Shown here: piece by piece, positions 53,436 through 64,000 of the stretch
Numbering within the stretch: position 1 is the stretch's first letter
How the letters are laid out: each line of letters begins with the position of its first letter
Source of the DNA: a virus
DNA: 64,000 nucleotides
Virus record (IMG/VR): IMGVR_UViG_3300002461_000857
Direction: 5' to 3' (one strand)
Position numbers and translations under genes: made by a program
The notes under the pieces: generated by a model
What the model saw: the letters and a program-made list of their open reading frames with translations, nothing else
Told to the model about the DNA's origin: nothing
Database searches by the model: none

Positions 53436-53647
53436 TATGGGTAGGGTCTTCAGGACTGGGGTTCAGCGGGGGCAACTTCACTTTTAGACTTGGCATGATC
53501 CATGTAGTGTCCAAGTGCTCCCCGGGAAGAGATCTCCTCATGGAGCGTCGAGCCTCAGGTCCCCTGAGTCATGGCCGCGGACGCGTCCGTAGGGCTCCCC
53601 TTCCCCGGAGGTTGCGAACCCCTCGGAGCCGATGCGAGGATGTGGGC

Positions 53648-53723
53648 AAGCCGCTAGCTCAGCAGGTAGAGCATCGGACTCCAACTCCGGTGGTCGGCGG
53701 TTCGACTCCGCCGCGGCTTGCCA
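53648..53723 (+). tRNA. tRNA-Trp (CCA)
   Basis: Acceptor AAGCCGC/GCGGCTT, D-arm GCTC/GAGC, anticodon loop CT-CCA-AC, T-loop TTCGACT, encoded 3' CCA. Confidence 0.92.
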
Positions 53724-53731
53724 AGGGGCCC

Positions 53732-54157
53732 ATGCCCTCCCATGCTGGTCACGTGCCGTACAAGAGCATCCAGTTGATCTACGCTCGCGCTGCAAGGTGC
53801 AAGTGCGGCGCGGGCCTTGCCTATCCGAACGACGGTGATATCCGCGGCGCTTGGTCGTGCTCCGCGGTCCTCCGCGGCGACTCCTCGCCCGACGCTGTAC
53901 ACGACGAGCCCTTGCCGTTCGCCTTCTACGAAGTGAAGTCGGAGCACTCGACACCGGGCATGACGGAGACGACCCGTCCGGAGGGATTCGTCCCACTGGA
54001 CGCCGTCGAGTACGTCGGCCCCGAGAGGGTCGAGCGACCATGTCCGAACTGCAACGGCACGGGGAAGTTGACCTCGGCGCCCATATGCGGACGTGATAGT
54101 GTGGTGAACGATCTGCCTCCAACCCCAGGCGCATCCCCGGAGTGGGACCGGGCGTAA
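53732..54157 (+). CDS. Zn-binding hypothetical protein
   Basis: CKCGAGLAY...WSCS and CPNCNGTG motifs; starts just after the tRNA. Confidence 0.65.
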   Translation: MPSHAGHVPYKSIQLIYARAARCKCGAGLAYPNDGDIRGAWSCSAVLRGDSSPDAVHDEPLPFAFYEVKSEHSTPGMTETTRPEGFVPLDAVEYVGPERVERPCPNCNGTGKLTSAPICGRDSVVNDLPPTPGASPEWDRA

Positions 54158-54160
54158 CCC

Positions 54161-54193
54161 ATAGAGCCCGCGGGCATCGTCCGCGGGCTCTAT
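54161..54193. terminator. Strong hairpin, probable terminator
   Basis: ATAGAGCCCGCGG-GCATCGT-CCGCGGGCTCTAT, 13-bp stem directly after the stop codon. Confidence 0.65.
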
Positions 54194-54515
54194 CTTGCCT
54201 CCGTCTCGTGGTACCCTCCTGAATAGGCGGGCGCACACGAGGAACGCTGTTCATCACCGATCCCAAGGTCGGTTTCCTCGTGTGCGCAACGCCACTTCAA
54301 GGGTCGCCGTGCTATAGTCCCGATGGGCACGCGGTTCCCTGTGCACGAGGGTCCGCATAAGCGCACGCGAGGAGCTCTTCGCGTGCGCCCAACGCCCCTT
54401 CCTGGATCTCAAGGGTTCCAGGGTCTCTACTCCCCCAGAGTCTGATCTTCCGAGGTCACACGCTGGGGTTTTTCTTTGGACAGAAGAGCGATCGGAGAAG
54501 TAGCCTGTCCTCCTC

Positions 54516-55154
54516 ATGGGAAGACTCGCCAACAAAATCTCCGACATGTTCAACGCGATCCGAGACGTCACGACCGACATCGTCGAACGCTTCGAAGATC
54601 CTTCTCCATCTCCTTCCCCTTCCGATCTGAGCTGCTCGTCGTATGACGACACTCGGTTCTACATCGAACCGGTCATCTTCCCCTTGAACAATGAAACCGG
54701 AGAGGTCGAGTTCAAAACACGTGATGACAGCTCACGTGGTCCGAGGGTGCTCGTCGGAGCCTTGAGTCGTGTAGATGAGAACGTTGTCATGTTGACGTCG
54801 ATCCAATCGAAAGGCCCGCGCGAGCGCCTCGACGAACTCGGATCATCAGGTAGCTATCAGGATCTCATCTGTCCCGGGAGAGAGATCGATCTCGCCTTCT
54901 TCAAGGACGAGTCTCAACTCTACGTTCCCTTCTACTTCGGCGAAGGATCGGTCAAGTTCTCCTTCAGAGTCGTCAACCCGGGCCGAGACTTGCTTCCGAT
55001 CTCCATGGATATGGTCTCCGTGGATCGCTCGAAGTGCCCACGAGGATCGGGTCAGTTCAACCTCGATCGCATCGTCAAAGCGTCCGAAGGATGGGCGTCC
55101 TTCGAGCACAGCATGGAGAAGCGACGCGAGACCCTCAACGTCGACAACAGCTGA
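54516..55154 (+). CDS. Hypothetical protein
   Basis: 212-aa ORF; alternative start at 54546. Confidence 0.6.
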   Translation: MGRLANKISDMFNAIRDVTTDIVERFEDPSPSPSPSDLSCSSYDDTRFYIEPVIFPLNNETGEVEFKTRDDSSRGPRVLVGALSRVDENVVMLTSIQSKGPRERLDELGSSGSYQDLICPGREIDLAFFKDESQLYVPFYFGEGSVKFSFRVVNPGRDLLPISMDMVSVDRSKCPRGSGQFNLDRIVKASEGWASFEHSMEKRRETLNVDNS

Positions 55155-55584
55155 AAGTGATCAGGCATGAGCAACGAGCGATTCGTGCGCATAGCGTTCG
55201 AAGGGGCATCTGGAGGGGCGACGACTCGGATCTTGTCGTCGCCCTAGACATCTCCCCTCGCGATCGTTTTTTTCAGTTGCGCATGCGGCGCTGTCGATGC
55301 TATGGTCCTCTTCGTGAGGATCTCGCCGTGCCGAACGATCGACGAAGTACCGAGCCGACCCCTGTCGGCGCCAGCCTCCGCGTTCGAGGCGTGATCTGGC
55401 CGATCCGGATTCCTGCGATCGCTGGACTTTGCGCGTGCGAGTTCTCCGCTGGAGCGGTCAGCAGTTGCGGTCGTTTGCTGTGCCTCTCGTGCGGCCAGGA
55501 GATGAGCACGGATCCGCGTGCGATCCCTGCGATCGGTTGACCTCGTCTTGACCACTCGAGCTCGACCAGGGTAGCTTCGACGGC

Positions 55585-55658
<74 letters not shown>

Positions 55659-55833
55659 TATCAATCAACCCAGGCGGCCTCTCTCGCAATGGCGAGGCGG
55701 AAAAATAGGGGGCCCTGCACGGACATCCCGGCAGGGCCCCCTGCTTCTTTCACCTACTCGAAGGTTGCGAAAACGCGACGTCATTTTGGCCATGGAGCGC
55801 TCCTTGTTAGGATGCGGTCTCGAAAGGATCTCC

Positions 55834-56955
55834 ATGAGACACATCCTGCGTCTTCTGTCGAACCCGGTGCTGTGGTTCGTCGTCGCGATCATGATCGCGA
55901 TCAGTCTTCTCCTGTCCTGCGACGGTGAAACGATCCACGACGATGTCGAGGATCGCATCAACATCGGCGTACCCACGCCCGGACCTTCCGGATGGGGCGT
56001 CAATGATGAGCGTGGCAACGGCAACACGCAGAGCTACGGAACTCGTCTTCGATGTGCGGTCCACCTCGCAGATCCGAGTGCGAAGGTCTACGAGCTGAGC
56101 CACGAGTTCAGCTCGAGCATGCCTCAGAACATCTTCGCCGCAGCTCCGGTGTCGGTCAGCCCATTCCCGACGTTCGGTCTTCCCTTCGTGTCCCAGATCG
56201 GAAACGGAGAGGTGGTGTCCGGAGAGATCGGTCAGCAGGGCACCCAGATGGATGCCCTCGGGCACTTCGGGATCCTTCCATCTCCGTGGATCCCTGGCGT
56301 CGACGCTTACCCACCTGTGGATCTTGCGACCTACTACAACGGCTACACGCAGCAGCAGGTCAAGCCGGATCCTTCGGGCGCGCTGCAGCTCCTGGGGATC
56401 GAGAATGCTCCGCCGATCATCACGACCGCGGTCGTCCTCGACGCGCAGGAGCTACTCGGATCTCCGATGGAAGCTGGCGATCTCGTGACGGCGGAGATGA
56501 TCGACGACATGCTCGATGCGAGGTCGTCGACGAGATGGAGAGGGATCCTCCCAGGCGACGCTGTCTACATCCGGACCGGATGGGGCGAGCGATGGACCGA
56601 TCCGCAGACGGATCCTTCGTACTACGTAGGAAGCCCTGGCCTCTCCGCCGACGCCGTCGAAAGGCTCGCCGAGGACTATCCGGTCCTGGTCGCGCTGGAC
56701 AACGCGTTCACGGATGCGTTCGAAGGACCATGCGAGCTCGACGGCAGCTGTGCCGTTCCAGACAGCTCGATCCCTGGTATTCCTCTCCCGGCCCACCATC
56801 TCGATCTCGTCGTCCACGGGATCCATCAGGTACAGAACGCTGCCCTCAAGAAGGCCGCAGACGACAACGTGGCGCTCGGATGCACCATGGTGCTTCCGCT
56901 GAAGGTCCGCGGAGGTTCGGGATCACCGGTCCGGATCGTTCTCGTCGGCCGCTAG
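55834..56955 (+). CDS. Cyclase-family (kynurenine formamidase-like) metal hydrolase, probable lipoprotein
   Basis: Signal peptide ending LLLSC; GTQMDALGHF, PPIITTAVVLD, PGDAVYIRTGW, PGLS, DN motifs. Confidence 0.85.
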   Translation: MRHILRLLSNPVLWFVVAIMIAISLLLSCDGETIHDDVEDRINIGVPTPGPSGWGVNDERGNGNTQSYGTRLRCAVHLADPSAKVYELSHEFSSSMPQNIFAAAPVSVSPFPTFGLPFVSQIGNGEVVSGEIGQQGTQMDALGHFGILPSPWIPGVDAYPPVDLATYYNGYTQQQVKPDPSGALQLLGIENAPPIITTAVVLDAQELLGSPMEAGDLVTAEMIDDMLDARSSTRWRGILPGDAVYIRTGWGERWTDPQTDPSYYVGSPGLSADAVERLAEDYPVLVALDNAFTDAFEGPCELDGSCAVPDSSIPGIPLPAHHLDLVVHGIHQVQNAALKKAADDNVALGCTMVLPLKVRGGSGSPVRIVLVGR

Positions 56956-57165
56956 CAGCCTCTGAGCCGCATCGCCCAGCGCTCGGGCCTCGTCGATCAT
57001 CGAATCGGCGAGCGTCCCGATCCGCTGGGCTTCAGCGTTTTTCTCTACCGCTTCGATGAGAAGCAGAGACGCCATCGAGAGGAGCATCTCCGCCTTCTGC
57101 TTCCGAGTCATCTTGGAACGATGAATCCGATCAGTGGTTCCATGCCCCATCGTCTTCTCCGACAT
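56923..57165 (-). CDS. Small helical hypothetical protein
   Basis: Follows the helicase gene; start uncertain. Confidence 0.4.
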   Translation of the reverse strand: MSEKTMGHGTTDRIHRSKMTRKQKAEMLLSMASLLLIEAVEKNAEAQRIGTLADSMIDEARALGDAAQRLLAADENDPDR

Positions 57166-59191
57166 CGTTCCAGATCGTCCCAGTCATCTTGACCACGCAC
57201 ATCCTCGGACCGTTCTGAGTTCCATCGCAGCGAGGCTTCGTGGTGAGACGACCCTTCTCTGCGCACAGAACGCCCTTGTCTCTCCACGTGCGCATGATGG
57301 CGTCCGCGGGATAGCCGAGGTCCTGAAGCGCTTTCTTGAGATGGTGTGGGAACCAGGCGAGAACCTGGCATCCAAGCGCGAACTTGTCCCCTACCTCAGG
57401 GTCAGCGATCCTCCTCCATCCGAGGTAACCGCCGTACCCATCAGCGCCTGACTTCAGCACGTTTCCCCAGACGCACCACCGAGACGGCTGAGACTCCGCG
57501 AATCCGAGCACATCCTCCCAGGCCTTCTTCGCCTTGTTCGAGTTGTTCTCCGACTCTCCGATCGCATCCTCGAGGCTTGCGATCAGGGATCGATCGGCGA
57601 TCAGGGACTTGTGGGCCCATGGAAGGTTGAAGATCTTGTGGGCGAGACGAGACGCGATCTCGAGCAACGCAATCGCAGGGGCGAGTCGAACACCGGGCGC
57701 TGTGTGACTGAGTTGGCGAACAACCGCGGTGCACTCTTGGTATTGCCTGCGAAGCTCATCCCACTGCTCACGGTTCGCACACAGCCACTCGATGAGTGCA
57801 GGGCCAGCCACGCCGTAGTTGTCACGAAGCTTGTCGAACACTGTTGCGAGGAGCTTGGCTTTCTCATCCGAGTACTCGCCGAGAGGAGCTCCCCAGAAGG
57901 TCAGGACGCGAGCCGCAGCACCGCCGGTTCCAGCGTAGTCGGAGAGGGTGTACTCACCGGTCGATAGGACGATGGTCCGCCATTGCTTCGACGCGGCTTG
58001 GGTGAGGCTCTTGTTGCTTCTCGTTCGCGAGTGACCAGACTCGAGCATGTACACCGCAGCCGTCAGAAGATCAGCTCGCTTGTGCTCGGGGATCTCTGCC
58101 GTGTCATCGATGATCATGGGAAAGTCGTTGAGCACCTGGGCCTTGGCTTCAAGGCCAGTGATCGTCGTGTTCCATGTCGGAAGCCGATCTTCGGCGCTCT
58201 TCCACACCGTGTTGGCAAAGATCAGGGCGGTCGACTTTCCCTTCGTCGTCTCACCGCACCACTCCACGATGACGTTTGGCGCTCGGAGAACGGCGATGAG
58301 CGGCGAGCACAAGCTGGCGTAGATCGCGACGCGAACCATGGGGAACTGATCGAGAGGAGCGATCGCATCGCACCACCCCTGGATAGTTCCTCGACTTGAG
58401 ATCTCTCGGATCGATCGGTCTTCTCCTCCGTCGCCATAGAAGACCTCGATCGATTTTCCATTACCGCCGATCTGTCGATGCCCACAGAGGAACCCGTGAG
58501 CTGTAGGATCGGTATCGCTTCCGTGCCAACCCATCGTTGACGTGACGAAGCCCCTTTTGATCACGGATCGGTTGGCGTGCTCGTAGGACTCGAGATAGTG
58601 GACGAGGTCCTCAGCGTTGATGCTGGACACCGGAAGATCCTGAGCCGAGCACGCAACGATCTTCTGCTTGGACATGATCGTCGAGCGTTCGTAGATCTCC
58701 TTCTGCCACGCGCCGCAGTTCTTGTGCGCGATCTCGAGGAGCACCGTGCTTCGATCCAAGTATTGAAGTCGCCTCGTGATCAGGATCGGGTCTCGGCAGA
58801 TCAGCTTTCGGTTGTCGATCTTGCCCTCGCTCGACGGGAGCTTGCGATACACAGCGGCTCGAGGATCTCCGATCCCGTAATGGGTGGGGACCGTCGCCTC
58901 TTCGCTGACCTCTTCAGGAGCATCATCCCAGACGCTTCGGACGGACTGCGCCGATGCGTCCATGTCGCCGATCGATGGAACCTCCCTGAGACGATGCGCA
59001 GTCTTCTTGACCTCTTTCTCTACGAGCTGAGAGACGCCTGCAGCAACGAGGAGCTCGTGAACCTGAAGCCATACGCGAGAATCGAAGTTGTAGACATCGG
59101 CAAGATCCTTCAGCCAGGAGTCTGTCATCACGGCGGACTTGTCGCCGAGGAGAGCTGCTTGCAGCCGAGTGATCAGTTCGTTCTTGGCCAT
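57131..59191 (-). CDS. DUF927-family replicative helicase/ATPase
   Basis: KRGFVTSTMGWH, GTIQGW, Walker A GETTKGKST, IIDD, GHSRTR, LSTGE, NYGVAG. Confidence 0.85.
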   Translation of the reverse strand: MAKNELITRLQAALLGDKSAVMTDSWLKDLADVYNFDSRVWLQVHELLVAAGVSQLVEKEVKKTAHRLREVPSIGDMDASAQSVRSVWDDAPEEVSEEATVPTHYGIGDPRAAVYRKLPSSEGKIDNRKLICRDPILITRRLQYLDRSTVLLEIAHKNCGAWQKEIYERSTIMSKQKIVACSAQDLPVSSINAEDLVHYLESYEHANRSVIKRGFVTSTMGWHGSDTDPTAHGFLCGHRQIGGNGKSIEVFYGDGGEDRSIREISSRGTIQGWCDAIAPLDQFPMVRVAIYASLCSPLIAVLRAPNVIVEWCGETTKGKSTALIFANTVWKSAEDRLPTWNTTITGLEAKAQVLNDFPMIIDDTAEIPEHKRADLLTAAVYMLESGHSRTRSNKSLTQAASKQWRTIVLSTGEYTLSDYAGTGGAAARVLTFWGAPLGEYSDEKAKLLATVFDKLRDNYGVAGPALIEWLCANREQWDELRRQYQECTAVVRQLSHTAPGVRLAPAIALLEIASRLAHKIFNLPWAHKSLIADRSLIASLEDAIGESENNSNKAKKAWEDVLGFAESQPSRWCVWGNVLKSGADGYGGYLGWRRIADPEVGDKFALGCQVLAWFPHHLKKALQDLGYPADAIMRTWRDKGVLCAEKGRLTTKPRCDGTQNGPRMCVVKMTGTIWNDVGEDDGAWNH

Positions 59192-59194
59192 GGG

Positions 59195-60121
59195 TTACCC
59201 GAAAAGGTCCGCAGGATCTCGGGCGCCAGGCCGTGGCAGTGGAACGATGCTGATCTTGATGTCAGGCCGGGTCTGTTCGACCCGTGCGTTGAGGCGATAC
59301 AACGCCTTCCTTCCTGGGTCGTCTCGATCGTAGGCGACGAGCAACCTCTTGACAGTCTTGGGTATGGCGACGTCTCCGAGGCCCTTCGCGTTCAGGCAGC
59401 TCCACGCCGGCTCTTGAACCTGATGCGACGCCGCGAGTGCACTCTCGATCCCTTCGGCAAGCACCAAGGTGCTGTGGACCTCACCAAGCCAGACCGCGTT
59501 GCCCGAGAGAACACCGATCGACATCCTCGGCTGGTTCACAGGGGCTTTGCCCCCGGGAGGGATCGGCCTTCCTGATTCGTCGAGCTGGATCCCGCCAGGA
59601 TCGAGGTAGGTCCGGTGGGCAGCGACGATGGATCCGGAGATGTCCCGGACCACCGCGATCATGCAGGGCCATGGGGCCCCGCGATGAGTTCGAGGATCCG
59701 TCGTCTCAGGATGTTGGAGGCTGGTGAACCGGAGGTCGGTTGGCCACTCGGATCCGACAGGCTCGAGGCGCCGTCCGCGGAGGTACCGATCTACGATGTC
59801 GCCTCGGCGAAGGAACCGAGCTTGGTCGATCAGAGACGCTGCGTACTGGCGCCTCCGCTCCTCATCACGCATCTCGGCAGCTGGGTCTCGAGGTTTGAAC
59901 TCGGCCTTGGCGTCGCCCTTGTGGGTCTTCTGTGCTTCGCACCGGAAGCACCCCCAGCCCTTGGGGCTGCCCCAGAGCGTAGGGTTCCGGCTCTTGCGAC
60001 CCTGAGGGTCACAGTAGGGACACACCGCGTGAACGTACGCACCACGCTGCCGCCCAGAGCGGAGCGCTTCGACGACGACAGGTGGGGCGGTCCAGCTAGA
60101 ATACTGGGTCGTCGCACCCAT
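59195..60121 (-). CDS. Zn-finger plus TOPRIM primase
   Basis: CPYC...CFRC; YLRGRRL; AAHRTYL; LAEGIESAL; AYDRDDPG. Confidence 0.88.
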   Translation of the reverse strand: MGATTQYSSWTAPPVVVEALRSGRQRGAYVHAVCPYCDPQGRKSRNPTLWGSPKGWGCFRCEAQKTHKGDAKAEFKPRDPAAEMRDEERRRQYAASLIDQARFLRRGDIVDRYLRGRRLEPVGSEWPTDLRFTSLQHPETTDPRTHRGAPWPCMIAVVRDISGSIVAAHRTYLDPGGIQLDESGRPIPPGGKAPVNQPRMSIGVLSGNAVWLGEVHSTLVLAEGIESALAASHQVQEPAWSCLNAKGLGDVAIPKTVKRLLVAYDRDDPGRKALYRLNARVEQTRPDIKISIVPLPRPGARDPADLFG

Positions 60122-60487
60122 ACGATCTCCAGGATCGGGGTTTCACGGGGAGGGGACGTCGGTTGTAGGCCCTGGGTCGGTTCAGGGTCAAGGCCCAAGC
60201 ACTTGCGTGTCGCCAAGGATCTGGAGTAGCTTCGAAGCGCCGGCCGCCCCGGTTCATGCTTCGACAGTCGATCCTAGGATCGGTTTTCGCGGCGAGGGGG
60301 CGGGGGCCGTGGGCGGCCACGGCTCCCGCAATCAACATGGACCCCCTCCGCCTCTTCGATGCACAACATCTAGTGATGCGCAGCTCGCTGCACTTGGACC
60401 TGAGTCGTGGCACGATGAGATGCGCGACTCGACTCCGAACGGAACCGAGCGCGATGCAGACGACCTCGACGAAGGAGATCTGAGACG

Positions 60488-60757
60488 ATGCCGATCTACG
60501 TCTACCGGTGTTCACGATGCAGCCGAGAGGTTGAGGAGCTTCAGAAGTTCAGCGACCCCGCGCCGATCACGGAAGATCCGTGCGGAGAAGACCCAGCACA
60601 GACCTGCGACCTCCACCGAGCTCCCACGACGTTCACGCAGCGATGGGTCGGCGACTATTCGAGCGAGGGTCGAGGTGGATGGCAGCGCCAGGGAGAGGCG
60701 ATGGTGCGTCAGGTGCCCGGGGCCAACACGACGACCTACGGCGACGGATCGGTGTGA
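60488..60757 (+). CDS. FmdB-family zinc-ribbon protein
   Basis: MPIYVYRCSRC...EELQKFSD...C motif; AAGGAG RBS. Confidence 0.8.
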   Translation: MPIYVYRCSRCSREVEELQKFSDPAPITEDPCGEDPAQTCDLHRAPTTFTQRWVGDYSSEGRGGWQRQGEAMVRQVPGANTTTYGDGSV

Positions 60758-60758
60758 C

Positions 60759-61172
60759 ATGCTCTCGCGAGGACCACTCGATACAGTCCTGTGCTTCTAC
60801 GGTACGGATTCGAGATCCGCAGCGATCCGACACCTCAAGGAAGGATTCCCTGAGCGTTCGTCCTTCGCGAGACATCTCGAGGTTGCTCTCACGCAAGGAC
60901 CCATGGTCTTCAGCGTGATCCTCCCGCAGAAGTACGACGAGGTCTTCGATCGAAGGCCCGCCGACGAACGAAGCATCTTCGTTGTCGACGAAGCCGTTCC
61001 AGCAGCGCACATCCTCGATCTCGCGACCTACTCGAGGAACGCCCTGTACTCGAATCAGGCACTTGGAGAGGAGCTCCAGCGTCGGTTCGAGGAGTGGAAG
61101 AAGCGGTACGACGACCGCATGGAACGTCGCAGCCTCAACCCGTCCACGAGAGGCCCGAGGCCGTCGGAGTAG
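60759..61172 (+). CDS. Hypothetical protein
   Basis: ATG 2 nt after the FmdB stop; helical composition. Confidence 0.55.
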   Translation: MLSRGPLDTVLCFYGTDSRSAAIRHLKEGFPERSSFARHLEVALTQGPMVFSVILPQKYDEVFDRRPADERSIFVVDEAVPAAHILDLATYSRNALYSNQALGEELQRRFEEWKKRYDDRMERRSLNPSTRGPRPSE

Positions 61173-61291
61173 ATCTGGATCGGCAGAGGCTGGGCCCGAG
61201 GAAGAGAAACCGCCCACCCCCTGAGCGCAAGGGCGCGCCCGCCGGGCGCATCGGCACCATGTCTTCGCGCTCAGCCTCTGCCGAGTCCAGA

Positions 61292-63931
<2,640 letters not shown>

Positions 63932-64000
63932 CGTCCTACTCCCCTTCCATGTCGCCAGATCCACGAGTTCGACGAGTTCCCCACGGCGCCGCCGAGGTCC

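Noticed and set aside
53648-53723. tRNA as a prophage attachment site
   Set aside because: No integrase and no duplicated tRNA 3' end seen in the window; virus-like genes continue on both sides.

Overview
This window is best read as part of a large, GC-rich bacterial virus genome, or an integrated viral element; the host is probably a myxobacterium (inferred from one sigma-region-4 protein family). 1-18.8 kb holds tightly packed small unknown genes, a TnpB whose third RuvC Asp is replaced by Gln, an orphan CRISPR-like array of 8 x 36-bp repeats, HNH, radical SAM, PD-(D/E)xK and thyA. 18.9-23.6 kb holds an HTH protein, a HerA-like ATPase, DUF4326, tmk and a sigma-4 protein. 23.9-50.8 kb is a ~27 kb minus-strand, virion-like module: many N-terminally membrane-anchored proteins, a histone-H1-like protein, an SLT-like muramidase, a transglutaminase-like protein and a candidate jelly-roll capsid protein followed by a terminator. 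51-64 kb holds a probable origin, tRNA-Trp, tRNA-Met, a cyclase-family lipoprotein, a DUF927 helicase and a TOPRIM primase. I recognised no terminase, portal, tail, integrase or cas gene. Two signals stand out. (1) Eight unrelated proteins end in the same ~10-aa C-terminal tag (A-x-R-L-[AS]-x-G-x-[ST]-R-stop), and a basic-x-N-P motif is pervasive in, and largely confined to, the virion module; together these suggest a cargo-loading/maturation code. (2) A domesticated, probably nuclease-dead TnpB sits between two copies of a structured non-coding element, one of which abuts the repeat array. All product names come from motif recognition by eye; no database searches were run.
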